In this document: positions 39,143 through 48,161 of the stretch, piece by piece
How positions within the stretch are numbered: position 1 is the stretch's first letter
How the letters are laid out: every line of letters begins with the position of its first letter
Origin: Candidatus Latescibacterota bacterium
GTDB taxonomy: Bacteria > Latescibacterota > UBA2968 > GCA-2709665
DNA: 64,000 nt
Direction of reading: 5' to 3'
NCBI GenBank assembly: GCA_965222075.1
Contig: OZ244937.1
Span: 2,560,001-2,624,000 of the forward strand
Position numbers and translations under genes: made by a program
The notes under the pieces: model-generated
Told to the model about the DNA's origin: nothing
Database searches by the model: none
Seen by the model: the letters and a program-made list of their open reading frames with translations, nothing else

Positions 39143-40723
39143 CTATCTTGCAAAATCGATGGCCCGGGTCTCCCGAATCACCGTAACCTTCACCGGCCCC
39201 GGACAGGTCGCGTCCGCCTTGAGCCGCTCGACAATTTCCGTGGCCAGCCGTTCGGTATCTTCATCGCTCATCATCTCACAGTCGGCAATCACCCGAACCT
39301 CCTGACCGGCATTGATCGCATAGACCTTATCCACCCCCTCAACCAGCCGGGCGGTCGACTCCAGCCGCTCCAGCCGGCGCACATAGTTCTCGATGACCTC
39401 CCGCTGCGCCCCCGGTCGCGACCGGGAAATGATATCGGCCGCATCTACCAGCACCGCAATGGGCGAAATAGGATCGGCATCCCCGTGGTGCGCCTCAATG
39501 GCATTGATCACAACGGGATCCTCTCCATACTTTCGCCCCAGGTCCGCCCCATTCTCCCCGTGCGTCCCCTCCGCCTCGTGGGTCAACCCTTTGCCCACAT
39601 CGTGCAGCAGCCCGGCGCGTTTGGCAAGCTGGGAATCCAGCCCCAATTGCGTGGCCATCGTCCCTGCTAAGAAGGCCGCTTCCTTGCTGTGGTTGAGCAC
39701 ATTCTGCCCGTACGTCGTCCGGAACTTCAAGCGCCCCAAACACTCGATCAACCGGTCGTGCAAACCGGGCACGCCCGCGTCGAACGCCGCCTGCTCACCC
39801 GCCTCTCGGATCACCTCCTGTATCGATTCCCTGGACCTCTGAACGATCTCCTCGATCCGTCCTGGATGGATGCGCCCGTCTAAAACGAGCCGTTCCAAGG
39901 CCATCTTGGCAACCGCCCGCCGGATCGGATCGAATGCGGACAGAACCACCGCCTCTGGCGTATCGTCAATCGTCACATCCACGCCGGTGGCCATTTCAAA
40001 CGCCCGTATGTTTCGCCCCTCTCGACCGATAATCCGTCCCTTCATATCATCCGACGGGAGGCGAACAATCGCCTGGGTCGATTCAACCGTATGGTCTGCG
40101 GCCAGACGCTGGATGGCGCTGGTGATAATCTCCTTCCCTTCGTCGTTGGCCCTGGCAAGGGCATCTTCCCGGATCTCCTTGATCCGCCATGCCGCATCCT
40201 GCCTCGCCTCATCCTCTAAATTGGCCATCAGAATCGCCTTGGCTTCATCCTGGGTCAGCCCTGCAATCCGCTCCAGCCGTGTATTCTGTTCCAAAATCCG
40301 GGCCTCTAAGCCCCGGGCCTTTGTCTGGATCTGTTCCTGCAGCCGGGCAAGCTCCTCTTCCCGGGACGCCGTATTCCGCTCCTTGTGGTTTAACAGATCC
40401 GCCCGCCTGTCGAACTGCCGTTCCCTGCTGCTCATTTTTATCTCTTCCCGTTTGAGCTGCTCCCACTTGTCCTCTATCTCCTGCTCAAACTGGAGGCGCT
40501 CCTGGTGCATCTGGTCCTTGGCCTCTAAGACCGCCGTCCGCTTCATCGATTCGGCCTCTTTTTGGGCATCATCGAGGATCTTTTCAGCCGTGACCTCCGC
40601 TCGGTACGTCTTGCTGTGCGCAAACTTGCTCCTGCCCAGCCATCCCAGAACGAATCCCAGCAACAGCAGACCGGCCGACAGGATCATGACCACCAAGGTT
40701 CCTTCTATCGACATATTCAGCAT
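39143..40723 (-). CDS. rny: Ribonuclease Y
   Basis: N-terminal TM and coiled coil; KH motif KGRIIGREGRNIR; HD motif LLHDVGK. Confidence 0.97.
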   Translation of the reverse strand: MLNMSIEGTLVVMILSAGLLLLGFVLGWLGRSKFAHSKTYRAEVTAEKILDDAQKEAESMKRTAVLEAKDQMHQERLQFEQEIEDKWEQLKREEIKMSSRERQFDRRADLLNHKERNTASREEELARLQEQIQTKARGLEARILEQNTRLERIAGLTQDEAKAILMANLEDEARQDAAWRIKEIREDALARANDEGKEIITSAIQRLAADHTVESTQAIVRLPSDDMKGRIIGREGRNIRAFEMATGVDVTIDDTPEAVVLSAFDPIRRAVAKMALERLVLDGRIHPGRIEEIVQRSRESIQEVIREAGEQAAFDAGVPGLHDRLIECLGRLKFRTTYGQNVLNHSKEAAFLAGTMATQLGLDSQLAKRAGLLHDVGKGLTHEAEGTHGENGADLGRKYGEDPVVINAIEAHHGDADPISPIAVLVDAADIISRSRPGAQREVIENYVRRLERLESTARLVEGVDKVYAINAGQEVRVIADCEMMSDEDTERLATEIVERLKADATCPGPVKVTVIRETRAIDFAR

Positions 40724-40776
40724 GTCCGATCTCCTTAAGGATAGCCCATTTTGTCCATAAAAAAAACCCGCTTGCG

Positions 40777-40950
40777 CCCCCCCAGCACCTATTCCGCTGC
40801 GCCATCCTGCACAAATCGCACAGCAGACGGATTCTCAAGTCAACGTGAACGCAGCAGGGAGTCTGCCCGGCATAGCCCTCATGTGGCCCGCCGCAACAGC
40901 ATACACCCCATTTCCTGGTTGGTCCCGACCACGCCCAGGGTGCCGGGAAA
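40777..40950 (-). ncRNA. ssrS: Putative 6S RNA
   Basis: Sits between zapA and rny (known 6S synteny); ~175 nt with pairing ends (UCCCGGCACC / GGUGCUGGGG) and a downstream U8 tract. Confidence 0.65.
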
Positions 40951-40957
40951 CCCACTC

Positions 40958-41251
40958 TCAATCGCGCTGTGTGATCCGGTTCGTCGTATCGGCCAGTCGA
41001 TCGGCCTTCCTGCAAACGACCTGCTCCATACGCTGGCCGGATTCCTCTTCTTTGAACAGCTCATCGGCTAAGTTTACAGCCGTGAGCACCGCGATTTTGG
41101 CAACCGACCGTAGCGAAAGCGTGTTGGCAATTTCTCGCATCTTACGATCAACGTACCGGGCCACCTCACGGGTATGATCGGAATCGGTTTTAGACGCAAT
41201 TTTATATTCTGTGCCAAAAATATGGACGTGTACAAGCGGTAAATCCGACAT
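40958..41251 (-). CDS. zapA: Cell division protein ZapA
   Basis: V.IFG.EY, VA.YVD.KM.EI and AVL.A.NLADE. Confidence 0.92.
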   Translation of the reverse strand: MSDLPLVHVHIFGTEYKIASKTDSDHTREVARYVDRKMREIANTLSLRSVAKIAVLTAVNLADELFKEEESGQRMEQVVCRKADRLADTTNRITQRD

Positions 41252-41265
41252 GGGGGCAGATTTCC

Positions 41266-41571
41266 CTATTCTGTGTCCACAGCATCCAGCCGAGACAACA
41301 TCGCCTCGATTTTCTGTTGAATCTCCTCCTTATTCTCAATCAGAGAGGCATTTTCCTCACAGACCTTCCGGAGCCGATCCCGCTCGGCGCGTAACTCGGA
41401 AAGGGTCTTCTCCTGAAGCTCCACCTTCTCTCCAAGTTCCTGATTCCGTTGCTTCAGGTCTGCATTTTCGCCGCGTAAATGCTCCATCCTGTCGACCGCC
41501 CGGTCGATCTCTGCCACCAGACGATTGACGCCACCGTGCAACTCGTTTTCCTCCTGCGTGTCAGCGTCCAT
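41266..41571 (-). CDS. ZapB-like coiled-coil protein
   Basis: Continuous heptad coiled coil ending KIEAMLSRLD; directly upstream of zapA; TTGACT-N17-TAAATT promoter at 41624-41652. Confidence 0.75.
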   Translation of the reverse strand: MDADTQEENELHGGVNRLVAEIDRAVDRMEHLRGENADLKQRNQELGEKVELQEKTLSELRAERDRLRKVCEENASLIENKEEIQQKIEAMLSRLDAVDTE

Positions 41572-41689
41572 CCCAATTCCCTCCAAATGGGGGTCTCTTA
41601 CGACCAACACAGCCTCATAGGCCAATTTAACACCTCTGGCCCTTAAAGTCAAGCGTCTGACAACAACCTTCTGGTTCTTCTTAACTTAT

Positions 41690-41753
41690 AAAAAAAACGG
41701 AATCTGCATAGAGGGCGATCCACCGTCTGAACCGCCTCCCCCATGCAGATTCC
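41690..41753 (-). terminator. Long-stem intrinsic terminator after rplT
   Basis: GGAATCTGCAT...ATGCAGATTCC followed by T8 on the minus strand. Confidence 0.75.
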
Positions 41754-41844
41754 ATCTTCAAATCAGACGTATCAAAGCAGGGAATCGGGAAGGTAAACCG
41801 CCCGGTTTTGGAGAGCAGGGAGGGGCCCTGCTCCCTATTCCCCT

Positions 41845-42198
41845 CTAAATGTGCTGCCTGGCCTGCTCGGACAGGGCCGCAAATGCCTCTGCATCTGTCA
41901 TAGCCAGATCTGCCAGCACCTTTCGGTTGACATCCACGCCGGCCTTTTTCAGACCGTTCATCAGGCGGCTGTAGGACAGCCCGTTGAGCCGGGCGGCCGC
42001 GTTGATCCGCACAATCCAAAGTGCCCGAAACGTCCGCTTCTTCTGTCTCCGGTCACGGTAGGCATAGGCCAGCCCGCGATTGACACTGTCGTCGGCAGTG
42101 CGGTACAGCTTGCTCCGCCCACCCCAGTATCCCCGGGCGGCCTTGAGCACCTTCTTTCGTCTGCGACGCGATGCAACTCGATTTGTTACCCTCGGCAT
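41845..42198 (-). CDS. rplT: 50S ribosomal protein L20
   Basis: MPRV..RRRRKK.LK.ARGY.G, YAYRDRR, FR.LWI.RINAA. Confidence 0.99.
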   Translation of the reverse strand: MPRVTNRVASRRRRKKVLKAARGYWGGRSKLYRTADDSVNRGLAYAYRDRRQKKRTFRALWIVRINAAARLNGLSYSRLMNGLKKAGVDVNRKVLADLAMTDAEAFAALSEQARQHI

Positions 42199-42208
42199 CG
42201 ATTCCCTC

Positions 42209-42403
42209 CTAAACGACCAGCATCCGCTTGACCCGCTTTAGATCCGCTTTGTGGATCGTAGCCGGCTTCCGCAGATGCATTTTACGTTTACTCGACTTCT
42301 TGGCCAGGTTATGGGTAGCCGTTGACTTGCCCCGGCGGAGGCTTCCAGACTTTCGCCGCCCGAAACGCTTGGCAGCACCCCGATGACACTTCATTTTAGG
42401 CAC
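42209..42403 (-). CDS. rpmI: 50S ribosomal protein L35
   Basis: [13 protein letters not shown] and H.L.KK..KRK..LR. Confidence 0.97.
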   Translation of the reverse strand: MPKMKCHRGAAKRFGRRKSGSLRRGKSTATHNLAKKSSKRKMHLRKPATIHKADLKRVKRMLVV

Positions 42404-42556
42404 GGATCACTCCTTGATGTTAATTTCGTGATTCTTCGCTCGATTCTCGTTATTCGATCACGCGTCGCGAGTCCAAAGCCGCGGGTCCTCCACCCAACCC
42501 CGGTTTGGGGTGACTCGTGATGCGTGACCCATAGACGGTCTTTTCACGATCCACAA

Positions 42557-43093
42557 TTACTTGGGAATCAGGATAATCACGACGTTGCGCCCTTCATCCC
42601 GCAGCGGCGTCTCTGGGGTTCCGACCTCCTTGAGGTCTTCTTCCACCCGTTTCAACAACGCCCGCCCCTGTTCCCGATACATATTCTGGCGACCCCGGAA
42701 TTCCACCGATACCTTCACCTTGTGACGCTGCTTCAGGAAATTCTCGGCGTGTTTCATCTTGAACTCATAATCGTGGTCGCTGATCATCGGTCCAAGCCGG
42801 ATCTCCTTGAGCTGCGAACCGCTCTTCTTTCCCTTTCTGGCCTTCTTGCTCTGCTCGTATCGGTACTTTCCATAATTCATAATACGGCAGACAGGCGGCC
42901 GGGCATTCGGCGCAACCTCCACCAGATCCAGGTCTTGCGCTTCGGCCATTTCCAGAGCCTGCTTCGTCTCTACAATACCGAGTTGCTCGCCCGACTCGGA
43001 AATCAGCCGAACCTGATGGATCCGGATCTGTTCGTTGACCCGGGATGTATTCTCCTGCCTGCGCTCTCTGAAACCTCTGGAACCTCGATTGAT
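42557..43093 (-). CDS. infC: Translation initiation factor IF-3 (probable ATC start)
   Basis: RVNEQIR, LDLVEV.P.A.PPVC.IM.YGK..YE; GGAGGTGA SD followed by in-frame ATC. Confidence 0.96.
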   Translation of the reverse strand: MNRGSRGFRERRQENTSRVNEQIRIHQVRLISESGEQLGIVETKQALEMAEAQDLDLVEVAPNARPPVCRIMNYGKYRYEQSKKARKGKKSGSQLKEIRLGPMISDHDYEFKMKHAENFLKQRHKVKVSVEFRGRQNMYREQGRALLKRVEEDLKEVGTPETPLRDEGRNVVIILIPK

Positions 43094-43179
43094 ACGATCA
43101 CCTCCAGCGTGAAACCCAGAGCACGCGACAGGCCGCCCGCTGCCCCGGGACGATAGATGGCTTCCTCTCTGCACACTCC

Positions 43180-45123
43180 TTACGACATCTTCTTTTCCTG
43201 GATCTCCTGCTGCATTTTGGCCGTCACATCTTCCAAAGACAACTTTCCCAGGTCTCCTTCCCCGTGTCGGCGCACCGAAACCGTTCCTCCTCCGACCTCC
43301 TGTTTGCCCACAATCAGCATATAGGGAATCTTCTGAACCTCTGCCTCTCGGATCTTATAACCCAGTTTGGCGTCCTGATCGTCCACCTCTGCACGGATGC
43401 CCGCCGCCTTAAGGCGCCGCGCCACCTCGGCAGCATAATCCGAAAACGGGTCGGAAACCGGCAGCACAATCGCCTGCACCGGCGCCAGCCACAGCGGGAA
43501 GTTGCCCGCATAGTGCTCGATCAACACCCCGAAAAACCGCTCCATCGACCCCAGCAGCGCCCGGTGGATCATATAGGGGCGGTGGTGCTTGCCGTCCTGA
43601 CCCACAAAACTCAGGTCGAACCTCTCGGGCAGGTTGAAATCGAACTGGATCGTGGTGCACTGCCACTCCCTGTCTAAGGCATCGTTAATCTTCACATCGA
43701 TCTTCGGCCCGTAAAACGCGCCGCCGCCCTCATCCACCCGGTAGGGCAGCTTCTGCGAGTCCACCGCCCGCCGCAGGGCATCGGTCGCCCGGTCCCAATC
43801 TTGAGGGTCTCCTACGTAGTCTTCCGGCCGTGTAGAGATATACACGTTAAAATCCTCAAACCCGAAAGATCTCAGGATGTAGAGCGTGAAGTCGATCACG
43901 CGGACGATTTCATCCTCTACCTGGTCCGGTCGGCAGAAAATGTGCGCATCGTCCTGCGTGAACCCACGCACCCGCATCAGCCCGTGGAGCACCCCCGCGC
44001 GCTCATACCGGTAGACCGTGCCCAGCTCCGCCCAGCGGAAGGGAAGCTCCCGGTAGCTCCGCAGCCGATTCTTGTAGATCATGCTGTGAAACGGGCAGTT
44101 CATCGGCTTGGCAAAGTACTCCTGCCCATCGATATCCATCGGGGCGTACATATTCTCCCGGAAGAAATCCAGGTGCCCGCTGGTCTGCCACAGCCTGGAC
44201 CGCCCGACATGGGGCGATCCGACCAGTTCATACCCACCCTCGTAGTGGGCCCCGCGCCAGAAGTCTTCTATCTCGTTCCGTATCCGGGCGCCTTTGGGGT
44301 GCCACAGCGCCAGCCCGGGACCGACGGTATCGCTGATCGAAAAGAGATCCAGCTGCGCTCCCAGCATCCGGTGGTCCCGCTGTCTGACCCCTTCCAGCCG
44401 TTCCAGATAGGCCTTCAGATCCTTTTTATCCGGAAACGAAATCCCGTAGATCCGCTGCAGCATCTTGTTGGATTCGTCTCCACGCCAGTACGCCCCAGAA
44501 GAACTCAACAGCTTGACCGCCTTGATCCGCCCTGTGCCCGGCACGTGGGGACCCCGGCAGAGGTCGCACCACTTATCCGCATTCCGGTAGATGCTGATCG
44601 TCTCGTCCGGCCCGATATCCTCTAAGATCTCCAGCTTGTAAGGCTCGTCCAGATCCGAAAAAATCTTCACCGCCTCATCCCGGGACGCCTCCACCCGTTC
44701 AAAGGGCTGGTCTTCTCGAATGATCTCCTGCATTCGGCCCTCGATCCCTTCCAGATCCTCCGGCGTAAAAGGCTCGTCCCGGTCGAAATCGTAGTAAAAC
44801 CCATTTTCGATCGGAGGGCCGATGGTTACCTTCGTATCCGGGAAAAGGTCCTGCACGGCCTGCGCCATAATGTGGGCCGTGCTGTGCCAGTAGACCTCCT
44901 TACCCCCGTCGCTGGCAAAGGTCAGAAGCTCGACTTCAGCATCTTCCCACAGCGGATAACTCAGGTCAACCGCTTCCCCATCCACCCTCCCGGCCAGGGC
45001 CGCACGCGCAAGCCCCGCACCGATCGATTCGGCGACCTCTAAAAGGGTGGCGCCTGTGGGGAAGTCTTTTTGAGACCTATCAGGCAGTGTAACGGCAATG
45101 CAACCGTTCTTCTCTTCTGACAT
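43180..45123 (-). CDS. thrS: Threonine--tRNA ligase
   Basis: HSTAH, DLCRGPH, RDHR, KPMNCP.H, RVRGFTQDDAH and GAFYGPK. Confidence 0.99.
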   Translation of the reverse strand: MSEEKNGCIAVTLPDRSQKDFPTGATLLEVAESIGAGLARAALAGRVDGEAVDLSYPLWEDAEVELLTFASDGGKEVYWHSTAHIMAQAVQDLFPDTKVTIGPPIENGFYYDFDRDEPFTPEDLEGIEGRMQEIIREDQPFERVEASRDEAVKIFSDLDEPYKLEILEDIGPDETISIYRNADKWCDLCRGPHVPGTGRIKAVKLLSSSGAYWRGDESNKMLQRIYGISFPDKKDLKAYLERLEGVRQRDHRMLGAQLDLFSISDTVGPGLALWHPKGARIRNEIEDFWRGAHYEGGYELVGSPHVGRSRLWQTSGHLDFFRENMYAPMDIDGQEYFAKPMNCPFHSMIYKNRLRSYRELPFRWAELGTVYRYERAGVLHGLMRVRGFTQDDAHIFCRPDQVEDEIVRVIDFTLYILRSFGFEDFNVYISTRPEDYVGDPQDWDRATDALRRAVDSQKLPYRVDEGGGAFYGPKIDVKINDALDREWQCTTIQFDFNLPERFDLSFVGQDGKHHRPYMIHRALLGSMERFFGVLIEHYAGNFPLWLAPVQAIVLPVSDPFSDYAAEVARRLKAAGIRAEVDDQDAKLGYKIREAEVQKIPYMLIVGKQEVGGGTVSVRRHGEGDLGKLSLEDVTAKMQQEIQEKKMS

Positions 45124-45145
45124 TTTAAAACCCTGAACCTCAACG

Positions 45146-45262
45146 AAAACAAAAAAACGCGCCACCTGCCATCTGCGCGCCCAATTCAGCAAAGCATCAG
45201 GTGGCATTCATCCGTCCCTTTGGCTCTCCTCGCAAATGGGTTAAGAGGGAATTGGACCTAAA
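45146..45262 (-). promoter_or_regulatory. Structured 5' leader of the thrS-infC-rpmI-rplT operon (terminator-like hairpin)
   Basis: GCCACCTG..CAGGTGGC stem (45161-45205) followed by a U-rich tract before the ATG. Confidence 0.55.
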
Positions 45263-45270
45263 GTTAGGTT

Positions 45271-45299
45271 AATTTATACTATATATCGTATATTGTCAA
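45271..45299 (-). promoter_or_regulatory. sigma70-type promoter of thrS
   Basis: TTGACA-N17-TAAATT in an AT-rich context. Confidence 0.75.
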
Positions 45300-45389
45300 G
45301 CGAAAACTCCAGACCAGGTGCCGTCCAAAAACAGCGTATAAAAAGAAAAATAAAAGGCTCCTGCCTCCCCTCTCTCATCCCTTTTCCTT

Positions 45390-46196
45390 TCAACCTCCCA
45401 AGAGATAGAACGTCTCAACCGGATACGCCATTTTACGCACAGAGACCTTCAGATCATCCACCATACGGTCCATCAAAGCGTCATAGTGCTGCGCCATCCC
45501 CTTCTCCCTTCCACCCAGCGTCCGGGCGGGAAAAGAGACCACCACATAATCCGCCCGCAATCGCCTCAGTAAATCCCCCGTGGCCCCCTTCATCTGCTGC
45601 TCCAAACAGGGGACTGACTTGAACAGGAAGACCACATCCGCTTCCAGGTCCGGCCCCGACACCAGAATATCCCTGCAAACCGCCCCCGGATCGTGCCCCA
45701 CGCATCTGAAAAAATCGTTGGCCGCGCAGACCAGCCGGTGGTCAATGTCGTACGCCACGTATCGGGCCGCCCGGTCCAACTCCATCCAGAGCAGCGCAAA
45801 AGGATTCAGCCCGCAGGCCAGGTCCAGGAGGGTGCGCGGCTGCCCGATCTCCTCGAACAGATCCCGGTAAAACCCGGCCATGATAGGCAGGCGCTCCGCC
45901 GTTGAAGCATGGCACTGAAGAATCTCATAACAGGCCGCCCGCAGGTCGGCGTCCGGCAGGGAAGGAGAAAGCCTGCCCAGCAGTTCCTCCACCCGGGCAA
46001 ACTGAAAAGCATCGAAATACGCGCCGTAAACCTGGTGCAGCTTCCGTTTTGCCGCCCTCACCGCCGTCTTGCCGTTCGGATGGCGGCGCCCTGCCCAGTC
46101 GGCCACACGGTAGAGCGTATCCTCACACAGGTGCCGGTACTTCCTGGCCTGCCTCAGCCGGTCCACAACCTCCTGACAAAAATCGCTGTGTGTCAA
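45390..46196 (-). CDS. ArmA/Rmt/Sgm (FmrO) family guanine-N7 methyltransferase homologue
   Basis: K.KLHQ..GAY, HAST.ERL, DLACGLNP, K..PCLEQQ and VVSFP..TLGGR.KGM...Y. Confidence 0.88.
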   Translation of the reverse strand: MTHSDFCQEVVDRLRQARKYRHLCEDTLYRVADWAGRRHPNGKTAVRAAKRKLHQVYGAYFDAFQFARVEELLGRLSPSLPDADLRAACYEILQCHASTAERLPIMAGFYRDLFEEIGQPRTLLDLACGLNPFALLWMELDRAARYVAYDIDHRLVCAANDFFRCVGHDPGAVCRDILVSGPDLEADVVFLFKSVPCLEQQMKGATGDLLRRLRADYVVVSFPARTLGGREKGMAQHYDALMDRMVDDLKVSVRKMAYPVETFYLLGG

Positions 46197-47299
46197 AGCG
46201 GAAGCCCCTTACCCGGCCGGTCCAGGGCTCGAAGACGGTCTATCAGGTTGCCGTAAAACTTGAGATTGTGTATCGTCGCAAGCCGGTGCGCAGAGGCGTC
46301 GTTAACCTCGAAGAGGTGATGCAGATAAGCCCGGGTATACCGCCTGCAGAACAGACAGTCGCAGCGCTCGTCAATCGGCAGCCGATCCCTGGCATACCGC
46401 TCGTCCCCGATGTAGAGATACCGGTAGAACGCCCTGCCCTCTAAGCCGCTCGTCTCCAGCGCATCGTTTAAAACGTAGAGCCGCTTCTGGCGGGCGTCAC
46501 GCGTCGGGATCGTGCAGTCGAACGTATCGTACCCCATCCCGAACGCCTCCACCAGATTTTCCGGTTTGCCGATCCCCAGCGCATGTTTGGACAACGCTTC
46601 GGGAATCAACTCGGCCACATACCCCACCCCGTCCACCAGCATCCCTTCCAAATCGATTGGCCACCCGCCATACCCGTACCCGTCGAACCCGATCTCTAAC
46701 AGCGCGTCGGCGCATCGTTTTCGAAGGTCGGGATTTTCTCCGCCCTGGACAATACCGTAAAGCAGAGGCCGTTTTCCCCCCAGTGCCCCCTTCTCCACCT
46801 GGCGATCGTATTCCACCTTGCATCTGCGGGCCCATTCAATCGTGTGTTCAACGCTCTCCACCTGTGCCGTCTCAGGCTCATTGGGATGGGTGCAGTGATC
46901 CAGGCAGAACATCAGATCCGCCCCTATACTAAACTGTTTCTGGATGCACTTTTCGGGCGTCAGCACCCGCCGCTTCTGCTTTTTTCCCAGCCGGTACGTG
47001 AACCCCCGGCTGGAAATGCGGCCCCCTCCGGGATCTTCCGCAACCAGTGAAAAAACCTGAAACCCGCCCGAATCCGCGGCCACCGGACCGTCCCATCCCA
47101 TAAATCGGTGGATGCCACCCAAACTTGAGACCAAAGAAATCCCCGGATGGGACGAAAGGTGCAAGGTGTTCACCATCACCCCCCCCACGCCGCAGGCTGC
47201 CAGATCGACCGAATCCAGCGTTCGCACCACCCCCCGCGTGCCGTCCGGCAAAAACGCGGGCAGCCTGAGTTCCCCGCGGCCCGTCTGCAAAACCTTCAC
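46193..47299 (-). CDS. tgt: tRNA-guanine transglycosylase family protein (divergent)
   Basis: DSGGFQ, LDHC, VQGG, FDC..PTR, Zn site CDC..C and HN; AAGGAGG RBS before GTG 47299. Confidence 0.88.
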   Translation of the reverse strand: MKVLQTGRGELRLPAFLPDGTRGVVRTLDSVDLAACGVGGVMVNTLHLSSHPGISLVSSLGGIHRFMGWDGPVAADSGGFQVFSLVAEDPGGGRISSRGFTYRLGKKQKRRVLTPEKCIQKQFSIGADLMFCLDHCTHPNEPETAQVESVEHTIEWARRCKVEYDRQVEKGALGGKRPLLYGIVQGGENPDLRKRCADALLEIGFDGYGYGGWPIDLEGMLVDGVGYVAELIPEALSKHALGIGKPENLVEAFGMGYDTFDCTIPTRDARQKRLYVLNDALETSGLEGRAFYRYLYIGDERYARDRLPIDERCDCLFCRRYTRAYLHHLFEVNDASAHRLATIHNLKFYGNLIDRLRALDRPGKGLPL

Positions 47300-47384
47300 C
47301 CCATCGGCCTCCTTCTCCTCAGAACGCATCCAGCCCCAGCCCTCCCGGATCCGCCACCACATCCACGGCCGCAACCAGATCCAC

Positions 47385-48038
47385 TTAAGGCAAATGCAGC
47401 ATCCGGTGAATCCGGCACGACAGCCGCCAGTTGGGGTGCCGCGTCAAAATCTCCAGCGCCTTGTGAATATACTCTGACCTGCTCGACTCCGGCTGCAGGT
47501 AGATATACTCGGCCCGGTCTTCTTCGACCATATCCTCCCGAAACGTCTTCCCCACCACGTACTTCAACTCCGTAATCCGCGTCAACCCCGCTGCAATCGT
47601 CCGCCGCTTGGGCGACACCGTCCAGTGCTCGATCAGTTCATAAAGCGCCGGGGCCGGATCGATCGTCCCGTTCGTTTCAATATGCAGCCGGTAGCCTGCA
47701 TCCTTCAACGACCCGCAGAGCGGAATAATATTCTGCCCCAGCGGCTCCCCTCCCGTCAAACAGACCCACTCCACCGTATGCCGCCCCACCTCCTCCAAGA
47801 CCTGTTCGACCGACATCTCCACATAGGAATCGAACTCCGTATCGCAGAAAAAACAGCGCAGATTGCACTTGGCGAGCCGTACGAAGGTTGTGGGCTGCCC
47901 CACCCGAAGCCCTTCCCCTTCGATCGAGTAAAAAATCTCATTGACCTGTAAGACCCGTCCCTCCTCCCGCCAGACCGGCATCCGATCCGCGGGGGCAGGG
48001 GGAATCCCTTCCAGGCTATCGAGCTCGCGTTCCGACAC
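47385..48038 (-). CDS. queE: 7-carboxy-7-deazaguanine synthase QueE (radical SAM)
   Basis: EIFYSIEGEG, FVRL..CNLRCFFCDT, TGGEP, IETNG, VSPK and YLQP; GAGGAG RBS before GTG; start approximate. Confidence 0.9.
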   Translation of the reverse strand: MSERELDSLEGIPPAPADRMPVWREEGRVLQVNEIFYSIEGEGLRVGQPTTFVRLAKCNLRCFFCDTEFDSYVEMSVEQVLEEVGRHTVEWVCLTGGEPLGQNIIPLCGSLKDAGYRLHIETNGTIDPAPALYELIEHWTVSPKRRTIAAGLTRITELKYVVGKTFREDMVEEDRAEYIYLQPESSRSEYIHKALEILTRHPNWRLSCRIHRMLHLP

Positions 48039-48071
48039 CAAAGTGCTCCTCATCCAGGTGGCCAGTGACCC

Positions 48072-48147
48072 ACCTGCCTGCAGCGCAGAGCACTGCGCAG
48101 GCAGGTCCCTCCCTGTGAAATATACTACCCATTCGCTGCATCCGCAA
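48072..48147 (-). promoter_or_regulatory. queE promoter and 5'-UTR hairpin
   Basis: TTGCGG-N17-TATATT, then the ACCTGCCTGC..GCAGGCAGGT stem. Confidence 0.5.
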
Positions 48148-48161
48148 GAACAAGCCCTTGA

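Noticed and set aside
45124-45265. T-box riboswitch before thrS
   Set aside because: No GGTGG.ACCGCG T-box consensus and the leader is short
45390-48038. Dpd-type 7-deazaguanine DNA modification/defence island
   Set aside because: No dpdB/C-like, queC/D or folE genes nearby, and the TGT has tRNA-type DSGGFQ and Zn motifs; not excluded, but unsupported
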